Source: an uncultured Acidobacteriaceae bacterium (GTDB lineage Bacteria; Acidobacteriota; Terriglobia; Terriglobales; Acidobacteriaceae). From it: a DNA stretch of 64,000 bases. Where the stretch lies: the NCBI GenBank assembly GCA_964245665.1, contig CAXTNK010000001.1:3544-67543 (forward strand). Reading direction: 5' to 3'. Positions 55,086-64,000 of this stretch are shown in pieces (position 1 is the first letter of the stretch; every line of letters starts with the position of its first letter). The translations under genes were made by a program, and so were the position numbers. The notes below the pieces were generated by a model. It saw only the letters and a program-made list of their open reading frames with translations. It had not been told where the DNA came from and did no database searches.

Positions 55086-56516
55086 CTAGAACTGGTTCCA
55101 TAAATACTGGTTGTATACATCGTGGTGGAACTGGACTTCTGGTCCCTTCACGATGGTGCCCAGCAGCCGCGCGCAGCGGTCTGCTGATGCCTGCTTCAAA
55201 TCCGCGTAGCGGCCCTTTACATCCTCGCCCAGCAGCTTTGTTGTCCACGGAGAAGAACGGAAATTCTCGAGAGCCGTATAGATGTTGTCCGGCAGATACC
55301 GTTCGGCCTGACGGAGATTTTCGATCTTCGCCGTCTCACCTTCGAGCCCGGTTTTGAAGATGGAGTAAAGCACCATGTAAGGATTCGCGTCCGGCCCGAC
55401 CGAACGAACTTCGATGCGCGAACTCTTTTCATTGCCTAGCGGGATACGCACCATCGAACCACGATCAACAGCAGAAGCTTTGATCTGGTTGGGCGCCTCG
55501 AAGTGTGGGTCGAGACGGCGATACGCATTCACGCTCGCGTTCAACAGCAGGCAGATATCGTTGCCATGTGTCAGCACACGATCGACGAACTCCCATGCAA
55601 ACGGGCTCAGCTTCTCTTCGCCGTTGGGATCCCAACAAAGGTTCTTATTCCCCTTGCTGATCGAAAGATTGGTGTGCATGCCGCTGCCATTGACGCCCAC
55701 CACCGGCTTCGGCAGGAACGATGCAGTCATACCCATGGCTGTCGCAACCTGACGGCAGATCAGCTTGTAGAGCTGGATCTGGTCAGCCGCGGCAACGACT
55801 TCGCCGTAGCTGTAGTTGATCTCAAACTGCGAAGGCGCGACTTCCGGATGGTCTTTCTCATTTTCGAATCCCATCGCGCGCTGCACTTCTGCTGCTGTAT
55901 CAATGAAGGTACGCAGCGGGTCACCTGGCAGCGAATGATAGTAGCCGCCTGTATTTACGTAATTGAATTCACCCGTCTTGTAGAAAGTCTTCTCAGCATC
56001 CTCGTTTTCGAAAAGAAATCCTTCTATCTCATTCGCTGCATTCAGCGTATAGCCGTTCTTCTTGAATTGTTCGTCGGAGAATGTCTTCAGCAGACCGCGC
56101 ACATCCGCTCCATAAGGAGCGCCGCTCTTATCGATCACTTCGCCGAAGACCAGCACCTTACCTTCGCCGAAGAAATCTGCCGGCACCCAGTAGAAGGCAG
56201 CCCAGTCAATACCAAGGCGCAGATCACTCTCGCGCTGCGCGGTGAAGCCACGGATGGATGAGCCATCAAAAGTTAGATTGTCCCAGCTCTTCAGCAGGAA
56301 TTTCTTGTCGTAGTCCAGCATGTGCAGACGACCTTCAAGATCGCTGAACAAAACTGTTATGGCTTTGATGCCCTTAGTATCGGTCAGATATTTCAACCGC
56401 TCTTCGCGGATCTTGTCGATGGCGACGCGGTTCTTCCGCTGCTCTTTCGCCTTCAGATTGAGCTCTTCAAGTTCTTCGTACGGAAGCTCCAAAAAACTAC
56501 GCAGTTCGTTCGACAT
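55086..56516 (-). CDS. glnA: glutamine synthetase (GlnA family)
   Basis: FSDLEGRLHML beta-grasp region and NGSGMHTNLS (GSGxH). Catalytic-domain length fits. Start trimmed to ATG 56516. Confidence 0.88.
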   Translation of the reverse strand: MSNELRSFLELPYEELEELNLKAKEQRKNRVAIDKIREERLKYLTDTKGIKAITVLFSDLEGRLHMLDYDKKFLLKSWDNLTFDGSSIRGFTAQRESDLRLGIDWAAFYWVPADFFGEGKVLVFGEVIDKSGAPYGADVRGLLKTFSDEQFKKNGYTLNAANEIEGFLFENEDAEKTFYKTGEFNYVNTGGYYHSLPGDPLRTFIDTAAEVQRAMGFENEKDHPEVAPSQFEINYSYGEVVAAADQIQLYKLICRQVATAMGMTASFLPKPVVGVNGSGMHTNLSISKGNKNLCWDPNGEEKLSPFAWEFVDRVLTHGNDICLLLNASVNAYRRLDPHFEAPNQIKASAVDRGSMVRIPLGNEKSSRIEVRSVGPDANPYMVLYSIFKTGLEGETAKIENLRQAERYLPDNIYTALENFRSSPWTTKLLGEDVKGRYADLKQASADRCARLLGTIVKGPEVQFHHDVYNQYLWNQF

Positions 56517-56639
56517 CGTTCTCCTCAGCAACACTGGAATGGCTTGCCGCGAACTCGACGTGGAGTGGGGCGCTCTCAACAGCATAAATGTTCAGGAGCG
56601 AGATGCCATAAGGAATCGCTAAAGAAGATCGGTTTGCAC

Positions 56640-57851
56640 CTACTCTCCGACGGCAAATGCCGCGGTCTCGACTTCAGGCAACAACAGCCGGTAAGCTGCG
56701 CAGACCTTGTCGAACACAGCTGCCCAGGATGCGCCCATGGCAAACTTCCGTGCGTTCAATCTCATGGCTGCATGCGCCGCCGGGTCGGCCATCAGCCTCG
56801 CGATCGCCTCTGCAAATTCGTTGTCCTTCCGGATGTAACCAGTCACTCCGTCTTCGATAATGCTGCATGGGCCACCCTCGTCCGTTACGACTGCCGGTAC
56901 GCCTGAAGCGAGCGCCTCCAGCACTACGTTGCCGAAGGTGTCGGTATGGGAAGGGAAGACCAGCACATCCATGTCCGCAAAGGCCCGCGCCAGGGCTTCA
57001 TCCCGCAGAACTCCAGCAAAATCTGCCTGCGGTAGTTCGCGCTCCAGCGTCTCCCTTTCTGCTCCATGACCGATGATTTGAAATCGGAAGTTGCGGACAC
57101 CGCGTTCCAGTAATTGCTGCCCGATGTCGACCAGAAGCATCACATTCTTCTCGATAGACAGGCGTCCCACAAATCCAAGAACAAAGATGCCGTCCTCGTC
57201 TGTACGCTGACGCCACGATGGCGAAAATTGCCGGGTATCGACTCCGCGCTGCATCAATTCGCAGGGCCGGTCTGTCGCCTTCTCAAGCAACCTGCAGAGG
57301 TCAGGATTTGGCGCGAAGAGCAGGCGCGCTGAACGGTAGAACGAAGCCGTTAGAAAAAATGCCGCCATCTCCACCCAACTACCCAGTACTGGTTGCCAGC
57401 TCACCGGCAGCCATCGCTGCAGCCAGTGAACGCGACGCCCGGCATACTGGTGCAGGTTGGTATGCCATGAAGCGACCAGCGGTATTCCCATGGCGTGCGC
57501 AAGTATGGCGCCGATAATGCCGATCTCGCTTGGGCCTGTGACATGAATCACAGTAGGACGGAACGATCGCAGAGCCCGCACCATTGCCGGCATGTGTCGG
57601 ACAAATCCGACATCGAATCGAAGGTCTTTTTCAAGAGAAAACGAGAACCTTCCGCGTGCCAGTTCCAGGGTCTCTACTGAACCATCCACCTCGCAGGCGA
57701 TTGAACGCGTTCCTGCACGTACACATAAAAAGGGCAGTCCCGTGCGACGTGCATACGCTTCAAAATGCCTGCTCGTATGGGCCACTCCATTCACTTCATG
57801 GAACGAGTCGGGAAAGTACGCGACTCGCAGGTGGGCATCTGGCATAGGCAA
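56640..57851 (-). CDS. glycosyltransferase family 4 (GT-B fold)
   Basis: FPSHTDTFGNVVLEALASGVPAVVTDEGG (EX7E region) and an N-terminal GT4 donor-less domain. Confidence 0.85.
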   Translation of the reverse strand: MPMPDAHLRVAYFPDSFHEVNGVAHTSRHFEAYARRTGLPFLCVRAGTRSIACEVDGSVETLELARGRFSFSLEKDLRFDVGFVRHMPAMVRALRSFRPTVIHVTGPSEIGIIGAILAHAMGIPLVASWHTNLHQYAGRRVHWLQRWLPVSWQPVLGSWVEMAAFFLTASFYRSARLLFAPNPDLCRLLEKATDRPCELMQRGVDTRQFSPSWRQRTDEDGIFVLGFVGRLSIEKNVMLLVDIGQQLLERGVRNFRFQIIGHGAERETLERELPQADFAGVLRDEALARAFADMDVLVFPSHTDTFGNVVLEALASGVPAVVTDEGGPCSIIEDGVTGYIRKDNEFAEAIARLMADPAAHAAMRLNARKFAMGASWAAVFDKVCAAYRLLLPEVETAAFAVGE

Positions 57852-58104
57852 GAGTCTACGCCCGTCTTGTGAACACCTTGTCGCAATCAGACTTTTTCCG
57901 AGAGGAGCGCCGACCTTGAGTAAAACGCATTGGCCGTCTTCACGACTTACTCAATCAACTACCTACCCCGGAGAACCTGCTTTTGCAGGAATAGCTGAAT
58001 GACTTTACTCCCAGCCTCAAACAACCAGAACCTGCTGGCAGCCATCCATGTTGTTGAAATTGGAAGAGGCGCGCTGATTTATTGATGCCGCGAGGAGAGA
58101 AAGA

Positions 58105-58248
58105 ATGCTTATCGTATTGATTATTCTGCTGCTAGTTTTCGGTTTTGGCGGTTACCGTATGGGTCCCGGCCTTGGCTACTACGGCGGCGGCGGCATCAGT
58201 TTAATTCTGCTGATCGTCATTATCCTTCTGTTACTTAGAGTTATCTGA
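58105..58248 (+). CDS. DUF3309-like small membrane protein (47 aa; below the 60-aa ORF-track cutoff)
   Basis: GGAGAGA SD. MLIVLIILLLVFGFGGYRMGPGLGYYGGGGISLILLIVIILLLLRVI is two TM helices around a Gly/Tyr loop. A strong terminator follows. Confidence 0.7.
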   Translation: MLIVLIILLLVFGFGGYRMGPGLGYYGGGGISLILLIVIILLLLRVI

Positions 58249-58267
58249 AGTTTGTCCTGCGAAGACG

Positions 58268-58308
58268 AAACAGGAAGGGCCGGAGATATTTTCCGGCCCT
58301 TCCTGTTT
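58268..58308. terminator. bidirectional Rho-independent terminator (small ORF / acnA)
   Basis: AAACAGGAAGGGCCGG-loop-CCGGCCCTTCCTGTTT: 16-bp stem with T-rich flanks. Confidence 0.88.
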
Positions 58309-58325
58309 CTTGTTTTTGGCCTCTC

Positions 58326-61169
58326 TTAATTCGAAGCTAACTGTCGCAGAACGTACTGCAGAATGCCACCATTCTCGTAGTAGAGAACTTCCTGCGGTGT
58401 GTCGATACGGACGGTCGCCGAGATCTGCTTCGACGACCCATCAGCCGCTTTTACAGTCACTTTGAGCGTCTTACCACTGGCGAACTTCGAAGCCAGCATC
58501 GACGCAAGTCCCGCGAAGTTGAATACTTCTTCGCCCGTCAGCCCAAGCGACTCGACACTCTCGCCCGCTGTAAACTGCAGTGGCAGAATGCCCATACCCA
58601 CCAGGTTCGAACGGTGAATGCGCTCAAAGCTTTCCGCAATGACCGCGCGAACGCCCAGCAGCTTTGGACCTTTGGCAGCCCAGTCGCGCGATGACCCCGA
58701 GCCATATTCCTTGCCGGCCAGTATCACCCGCGGCACACCGCGTTCTGCATACTTTACCGACGCGTCGAAGATCGACATCCCCTCGCCTTCAGGCAGCAGG
58801 CGCGTCACGCCGCCTTCTGTTCCAGGAGCAAGCTTGTTCTTCAATCGAACATTGGCGAACGTGCCGCGCACCATCACTTCATGGTTGCCGCGCCGTGAAC
58901 CATAGCTGTTGAAGTCGCCGGTCTTAACGCCGTGCTCCAACAGGTACTTACCCGCCGGGCCATTCGTCTTGATGGAACCTGCTGGCGAAATATGATCCGT
59001 CGTTACCGAATCACCGAGCACTGCAAGCACACGCGCGCCGGAAATGTCCTGCACTGGTTCGGCTACGCGTGGCATGCCTTCGAAGTACGGTGCCTTGCGG
59101 ATGTAAGTCGAATCCGGCTCCCACTGGTACACATCGCCAGTCGGAAACTTCAGGTGCTGCCAGCTCTCATCTCCATCTGTAACAGTGGCGTACTCTTTTA
59201 TGAATCCGGCAGAACTTACCGCCTGCGCGATCGCATCGGACACTTCCTGCTGGCTCGGCCAGATGTCCTTCAGCATCACCAGCTTGCCATCTTTGCCCCT
59301 GCTGATCGGCTCCGTGTCGAAGTCATGGTTGATGGTGCCGGCGAGTGCGTACGCAATCACGAGTGGCGGAGACATCAGGTAATTCGCCCGCACATCCGAG
59401 TTGATGCGGCCTTCAAAATTACGATTGCCGCTCAGCACTGACACTGCAACCAGGCCGTGATCTTCAACTGCCTGTGAAACATCTGAAGGCAGCGGACCCG
59501 AGTTACCGATACACGTCGTGCAACCATAGCCGACAACATTAAATCGCAGCTTGTCGAGATAGGGCAGCAGGCCGGCCTTGGTGTAGTAATCCGTCACCAC
59601 GCGCGAGCCGGGCGCGAGCGAAGTCTTGACCCAGGGCGGGACCGTGAGACCTTTCTCAACCGCCTTTTTCGCCAGCAGACCGGCGGCCATCATCACTGAA
59701 GGATTCGAGGTGTTGGTGCAGCTTGTAATTGCTGCAATTACCACCGAACCATGGTCAAGGTATTCATCGACATTCACACCGAAGCGACCTTTGACTGTCT
59801 CCTCCGCCGAAGTGGGTAGCGCAGAAGTGTCGCCCACCAGGTGGCCATCCTTGCCCGGCTCGGGATGCGCCTCGGTTGAAGTAGCTACTCCGGTCGCTGA
59901 CATGTGGCCGCCTTCACCCTCCCAGCGCTGGGCCTGCCGCTCGGGATTGCGATTGCCGTTCGGCCCCATCAGGCTCGGCAACTGTTTGCGGAAGCTTGCG
60001 CCGGCTTCGCTCAGCAGCACACGGTCCTGCGGCCTCTTCGGTCCCGCGACACTCGGCTGCACAGTCGATAGATCAAGCGCAATTGTCTGCGTGTAGACTG
60101 CTTCCTGAGCTTCGGCGGAATGGAATAATCCCTGCTCTTTGTAGTACGCCTCGACCAGGGCAATCTGTTCTTCGCTGCGACCGGTCAGGCGCAGGTAGCG
60201 CAGGGTCTCCGCATCGACAGGGAAGATGCCGCAGGTCGCGCCATACTCCGGCGCCATGTTGGCAATTGTTGCGCGATCGGCCAGCGATAACTCGGCGATA
60301 CCCGCGCCATAGAACTCAACGAATTTGCCGACGACGCCCAGTTTGCGGAGCATCTCGGTGACCGTCAGCACCAGGTCAGTCGCAGTCGCACCTTCCTTCA
60401 ACTTGCCCGTCAGCTTGAAGCCGACGACCTGCGGCACCAGCATGGACACTGGCTGACCCAGCATCGCTGCCTCGGCTTCGATACCGCCGACACCCCATCC
60501 CAGCACGCCCAGGCCATTGATCATCGTCGTATGCGAATCAGTGCCGACCAGCGTGTCCGGATAAGCCCGGAGCACACCATCGACTTCAGTCGTGAACACG
60601 CCGCGGGCCAGGTATTCCAGGTTCACCTGGTGGCAGATCCCCATCCCGGGCGGCACCGCAGAAAAATTCCGGAAGGCCGACTGGCCCCACTTCAGAAATG
60701 CGTAACGCTCACGGTTACGATCAAATTCCAGCATGGAATTAATCAGGTAGGAGTTGTTTGTACCGTATTCATCCACCTGCACCGAGTGATCGATCACCAG
60801 CTCAGCCGGCTGCAGCGGGTTGATCTTTTCCGGATTGCCGCCCAGCTCCTTCATTGCATCGCGCATGGCGGCCAGGTCGACAATTGCCGGCACGCCGGTG
60901 AAGTCCTGCATGAGCACGCGGGCCGGCATGAATGCGATCTCGCGGTCCGGCGTAGCCGCGGCATCCCACTTCGCCAGAAACTCGATATCGCTCGCCGTGA
61001 CACTCTTGCCGTCTTCCTGCCGTAACAGGTTTTCGAGCAGAATACGCAGCGAATACGGCAGCTTGGGAAGCGAAACTCCTGCCTTACTGTCGAGCGCTTT
61101 CAGCCGGAAGATCTCGTATGTCTTGCCGCCAACCTGCAACGAGCCTTTACTTTGAAAACTGTTCATCAC
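58326..61169 (-). CDS. acnA: aconitate hydratase A
   Basis: 947 aa. ITSCTNTSNP and GCTTCIGNSG (Fe-S cluster Cys ligands), with IRP/AcnA-type domain order. Confidence 0.97.
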   Translation of the reverse strand: MMNSFQSKGSLQVGGKTYEIFRLKALDSKAGVSLPKLPYSLRILLENLLRQEDGKSVTASDIEFLAKWDAAATPDREIAFMPARVLMQDFTGVPAIVDLAAMRDAMKELGGNPEKINPLQPAELVIDHSVQVDEYGTNNSYLINSMLEFDRNRERYAFLKWGQSAFRNFSAVPPGMGICHQVNLEYLARGVFTTEVDGVLRAYPDTLVGTDSHTTMINGLGVLGWGVGGIEAEAAMLGQPVSMLVPQVVGFKLTGKLKEGATATDLVLTVTEMLRKLGVVGKFVEFYGAGIAELSLADRATIANMAPEYGATCGIFPVDAETLRYLRLTGRSEEQIALVEAYYKEQGLFHSAEAQEAVYTQTIALDLSTVQPSVAGPKRPQDRVLLSEAGASFRKQLPSLMGPNGNRNPERQAQRWEGEGGHMSATGVATSTEAHPEPGKDGHLVGDTSALPTSAEETVKGRFGVNVDEYLDHGSVVIAAITSCTNTSNPSVMMAAGLLAKKAVEKGLTVPPWVKTSLAPGSRVVTDYYTKAGLLPYLDKLRFNVVGYGCTTCIGNSGPLPSDVSQAVEDHGLVAVSVLSGNRNFEGRINSDVRANYLMSPPLVIAYALAGTINHDFDTEPISRGKDGKLVMLKDIWPSQQEVSDAIAQAVSSAGFIKEYATVTDGDESWQHLKFPTGDVYQWEPDSTYIRKAPYFEGMPRVAEPVQDISGARVLAVLGDSVTTDHISPAGSIKTNGPAGKYLLEHGVKTGDFNSYGSRRGNHEVMVRGTFANVRLKNKLAPGTEGGVTRLLPEGEGMSIFDASVKYAERGVPRVILAGKEYGSGSSRDWAAKGPKLLGVRAVIAESFERIHRSNLVGMGILPLQFTAGESVESLGLTGEEVFNFAGLASMLASKFASGKTLKVTVKAADGSSKQISATVRIDTPQEVLYYENGGILQYVLRQLASN

Positions 61170-61265
61170 AAACCCTTTCCTGCGCGGATCATCGCGCGCT
61201 CAACCACCCGACGGTCAGTAGGCCGCCTTCCGTCCACGGCGCGAAACAGGCCGCAGCATCAGCAG

Positions 61266-61288
61266 ATTGAATTTAAAGGATAATCAGC
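61266..61288. promoter_or_regulatory. AT-rich patch with GATAATCA (Fur-box-like half site) in the acnA / FecR-like divergent region
   Basis: ATTGAATTTAAAGGATAATCAGC is an isolated AT-rich island in GC-rich DNA, about 100 nt upstream of acnA. It is only a partial match to the Fur consensus. Confidence 0.2.
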
Positions 61289-61538
61289 AGGCGCGCCCGC
61301 GGTCATGGCGACCACGTCGAAAGCGCCGGACAGCAGGCATTGCGGGGAGGGAAGGAACTTGCTCCTGCGCGAGACTAATGGGAAAGTCAGGGTTCATCTC
61401 GACCTGTATTTTACCGCGTCCTGCTGCCTGGTGGCCACGTTGTTGCGAGCGTACTCAAACCACCGCAAAAAGTTCTGGCAGTTCATTCCTGCCGAGGCGT
61501 AGACTCGCGACACTTCGATACCTGCGAGCACAGCCGTG

Positions 61539-63023
61539 ATGACTTATTCCGCAAACGTGGTTTCCCGATGGATCGCTGTTGGCGCAGGGCTTCTGGCCAT
61601 CTCTGCTCTGCATGCCCAGTCTCCTGCGCCTGAAGACAGTTCCAATGCCGGCGTCCGGATCGTGCGCCTGAGCGAGACCCGCGGCGAGGTCAAGATGGAC
61701 CGCAATGTCGGCCATGGGTTCGAGGCTGCTTTTCAGAATCTGCCTATTGTCCAGGGCGCCAAGTTGAAGACTGATCAGGGAGTTGCCGAAGTCGAGTTTG
61801 AAGACAACAGCACCCTCCGCCTCACTCCCGATGCAGTCATCGAGTTCTCGAAGCTCTCGCGGGACACAGCCGGCAATACGGTGACGAGTGTCAATGTTCT
61901 GCATGGCACCGTCTATGCCAGCCTCTCTGATGCCACAACGAACACCTTTGTCGTCAATTCGGCCCAGGGTCGCCTGACGCTTGCGCCTTCAACCCACATG
62001 CAGTTCAATACCGGCCCGGCTGACAGCACGCTCGCCGTATACAAGGGGAGTGTCCAGGCCCAGGTCGGCTCCAGCCTGATGACTGTTGAGCAGAAGAAGA
62101 CACTCAGCTTTGGCCCGGCAGGTGTGGTTCAGCCTCAACTGGCAAGCCATGTCGAAAAGGGCGCTTATGACGACTGGGACAAGACATCGGTCGACTACCA
62201 CAAGCGCTACATGAGCTCCTTCCAGACCAAGCCTGGTGGCTATACCGCCGTTTCCGGCGTAAGTTCGGGGCTGAGTGATCTCAACTACTACGGCAGCTTT
62301 TCGGATGCTGGCGGATGTGGCAACATGTGGCGTCCTTACTTCGCCGGCGCCAGCTTCGATCCTTACGCCAATGGCACCTACGCGCAGTATGCCGGCGGGT
62401 ATTCGTGGGTTTCGCCGTATCCCTGGGGCTGGCTGCCGTATCACTCGGGCAGCTGGGAATATTGCGCGGGAGGACAGGGAGGCGGCAGCTGGGGCTGGCG
62501 GCCCGGCAATACCTATGTTGGCCTGGCCAACACCCTCTTACCCATCAAGCCCAAGCAGGGCCCGGTCCGCACAGGGCCGCCACATCCGCCGTTTCTGGGT
62601 ACGGCGTCCCTGGTTCATGTCGAGCGTCAACCAGTTGTAGCTTCAAAAATGTCGAATGACGAGACCTTCGTCTTTGCGAAGGGATCAGCCGGCCTGGGCG
62701 TTCCGAGACAGACATTCGGCAATCTGCAGCATGCCTCCATGCACGCGGAACATCACGGCTCTGCTTCGTCCTATGTCTCGTCATCGACGGCAGAGTATGC
62801 CGGCCTGGCGTCCTCCGCGGCGAATCGCAGCTTCACCCAAGTAGTGGCCGCGTTAACTCCTCAGCAGGACGAAGTTCCGGTTCATCAGGCTTCTCCAGCA
62901 CCGCAAGTCCCGCCGGAGCCAGCCATTCCTCCGGCGGCTTCGGGGGTGGTATGGGTGGAGGCGCAAGTGCAGCCGGAGGCAGCAGTCACCGCTAAAGTCT
63001 TCCAGCGTCCGAGTAGCCACTGA
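61539..63023 (+). CDS. FecR-domain protein with Trp/Gly/Tyr-rich C-terminal half
   Basis: Signal/TM AVGAGLLAISALHA. The FecR-like beta region is VRIVRLSETRGEVKMDRN...VQGAKLKTDQGVAEVEFEDNSTLRLTPDAVIEF. This is followed by GYSWVSPYPWGWLPYHSGSWEY...GGSWGWRPG. Confidence 0.65.
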   Translation: MTYSANVVSRWIAVGAGLLAISALHAQSPAPEDSSNAGVRIVRLSETRGEVKMDRNVGHGFEAAFQNLPIVQGAKLKTDQGVAEVEFEDNSTLRLTPDAVIEFSKLSRDTAGNTVTSVNVLHGTVYASLSDATTNTFVVNSAQGRLTLAPSTHMQFNTGPADSTLAVYKGSVQAQVGSSLMTVEQKKTLSFGPAGVVQPQLASHVEKGAYDDWDKTSVDYHKRYMSSFQTKPGGYTAVSGVSSGLSDLNYYGSFSDAGGCGNMWRPYFAGASFDPYANGTYAQYAGGYSWVSPYPWGWLPYHSGSWEYCAGGQGGGSWGWRPGNTYVGLANTLLPIKPKQGPVRTGPPHPPFLGTASLVHVERQPVVASKMSNDETFVFAKGSAGLGVPRQTFGNLQHASMHAEHHGSASSYVSSSTAEYAGLASSAANRSFTQVVAALTPQQDEVPVHQASPAPQVPPEPAIPPAASGVVWVEAQVQPEAAVTAKVFQRPSSH

Positions 63024-63027
63024 ACAT

Positions 63028-64000
63028 CTACCGGCCACCAGCAGGTGCGACCAATGGGAGCATGATCGCCGCAGGTGTGTCTGCCCGCATGGCAAATGCC
63101 TGGTAGAGCAGAACGCCGTTCAGCACGATGATGATGCTGACGGAAAGCCAGCCAAGATAGAGCGCGGCTTTCCCATTCACAAAGCTGCCCATGACGCTCT
63201 TTCGTTGCGTGAGCAGCAGGAGAGGGATCAGCGCAAACGGCAGTGTAAAGCTGAGAATCACCTGGGAGAGCAGGATGATCTTCAGCGGCTCCAACCCGAT
63301 GCCGATGACGATGACCGCCGGGATCAGCGTCAGCAATCTACGCAGGAAGACAGAAAATTTTACTTACAGGAAGCCGTCGAGGATCATCTGTCCAGCCATA
63401 GTGCCCACGGTTGACGACGAAAGCCCCGAAGCCAGCAGCGCAATCGCAAACAGCCATGGAGCAGTGCGGCCCAGCAGCGGTCCGAGCGACGCATGGGCTA
63501 CTTCGATGGAGATGCCATCCATCCGCTTACCTGCGAATGCTCCTGCGGCGACGATTACCATGGCTGAATTCCCCAGCCATGCGCCATTCATCGCTGCCAG
63601 TATGTCGACGAGTTCAAGCTTCAGGTGGCGCAGCCGGGCGATGTGGCCATCGGCGATGGAAAGGCCGCGGGTCTCCTGGCGCAAACGCGGCTGCACCAGC
63701 CCTGAATGCAGATAAACGACATGCGGCATCACGGTTGCGCCCAGCATTGCGACTGCCAGGTAGAGGCTTGAACCGTTCACCATCGGCACTGCTGTATGCA
63801 GACCGATCTGGCGCCAGTCAGGATGCACCATGAAAATCTCGATCGCGTAACAGACACCAATCACCAACACGAACATCATGATGACTGCTTCCAGTTTGCG
63901 AAAGCCGAAGCGGTCGAGCGCGAGGATGCCGAAGACACAGACGGCCGACGCGATGGCTGCGAGCAGCAGCACCTCCGTACGGCTGAAGCCGCCAGCCAGC
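63028..64000 (-). pseudogene. mntH: Nramp-family divalent metal transporter (MntH) interrupted by an in-frame TAA; N-terminus lies beyond the right edge
   Basis: ATVMPHVVYLHS (Nramp TM6) ...STVGTMAGQMILDGFL-TAA(63364..63366)-VKFSVFLRRLLTLIPAVIVIG...LSQVILSFTLPFALIPLLLLT. Both halves are in the same frame and colinear with MntH. Confidence 0.75.

Noticed and set aside
56517-56639. Sigma-54 (-24 GG / -12 GC) promoter upstream of glnA
   Set aside because: Candidate GGCA...TTGC pairs in the spacer do not have the required spacing, so no convincing match was found.
1-64000. CRISPR arrays, IS elements/transposases, integrases, phage structural genes, rRNA operons
   Set aside because: I scanned both strands and the ORF track. 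There are no regularly spaced direct repeats, no DDE/tyrosine/serine recombinase-like ORFs, no terminal inverted repeats flanking genes, and no rRNA-like conserved segments.

Overview
GC-rich chromosomal window that is mostly housekeeping. I call about 57 protein-coding genes, 2 tRNAs (Gln-UUG, Ser-UGA) and several Rho-independent terminators. I found no rRNA, CRISPR array, IS element, transposase, integrase or prophage genes.

Recognisable core genes: dacB, folP, purA, mutM, catalase, thiL, gyrA, murQ, ruvB, acnA, glnA, and the conserved block ispE - tRNA-Gln - prs - rplY - pth - rpsF - rpsR - rplI.

Several sequence idioms suggest an Acidobacteriota (Terriglobia-like) genome. This is inference only. 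The idioms are a TonB N-terminus of the MFxD..GS.KTK type, carboxypeptidase-regulatory-like domains, a Tat-signal NIPSNAP protein, and a dispersed GTCATCC...GGATC repeat.

The parts not explained by ordinary annotation, ranked by my interest:
1. An orphan LysW-like zinc-ribbon protein with a poly-Glu tail (23116..23313). Its stop overlaps the start of a Tat-signal beta-sandwich protein.
2. A membrane pseudokinase fused to a SPOR domain (37199..38593), preceded by an unknown gene.
3. A Cys/His/Met-rich secreted protein followed by a predicted beta-barrel with a Met/His-rich N-terminus (7826..9733).
4. A BrnT/BrnA toxin-antitoxin islet whose third gene is broken, or recoded, at a T6 run (39836..40866).
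5. An abutting ATP-grasp ligase and luciferase-like monooxygenase pair (40953..43007).
6. A rhomboid-like protein that appears to lack both catalytic residues (25068..25874).

Three ORFs are interrupted: TGA at 16031, a frameshift at about 40221, and TAA at 63364. I cannot decide from sequence alone whether any of these is a new system. Each call is graded and paired with a decisive test.
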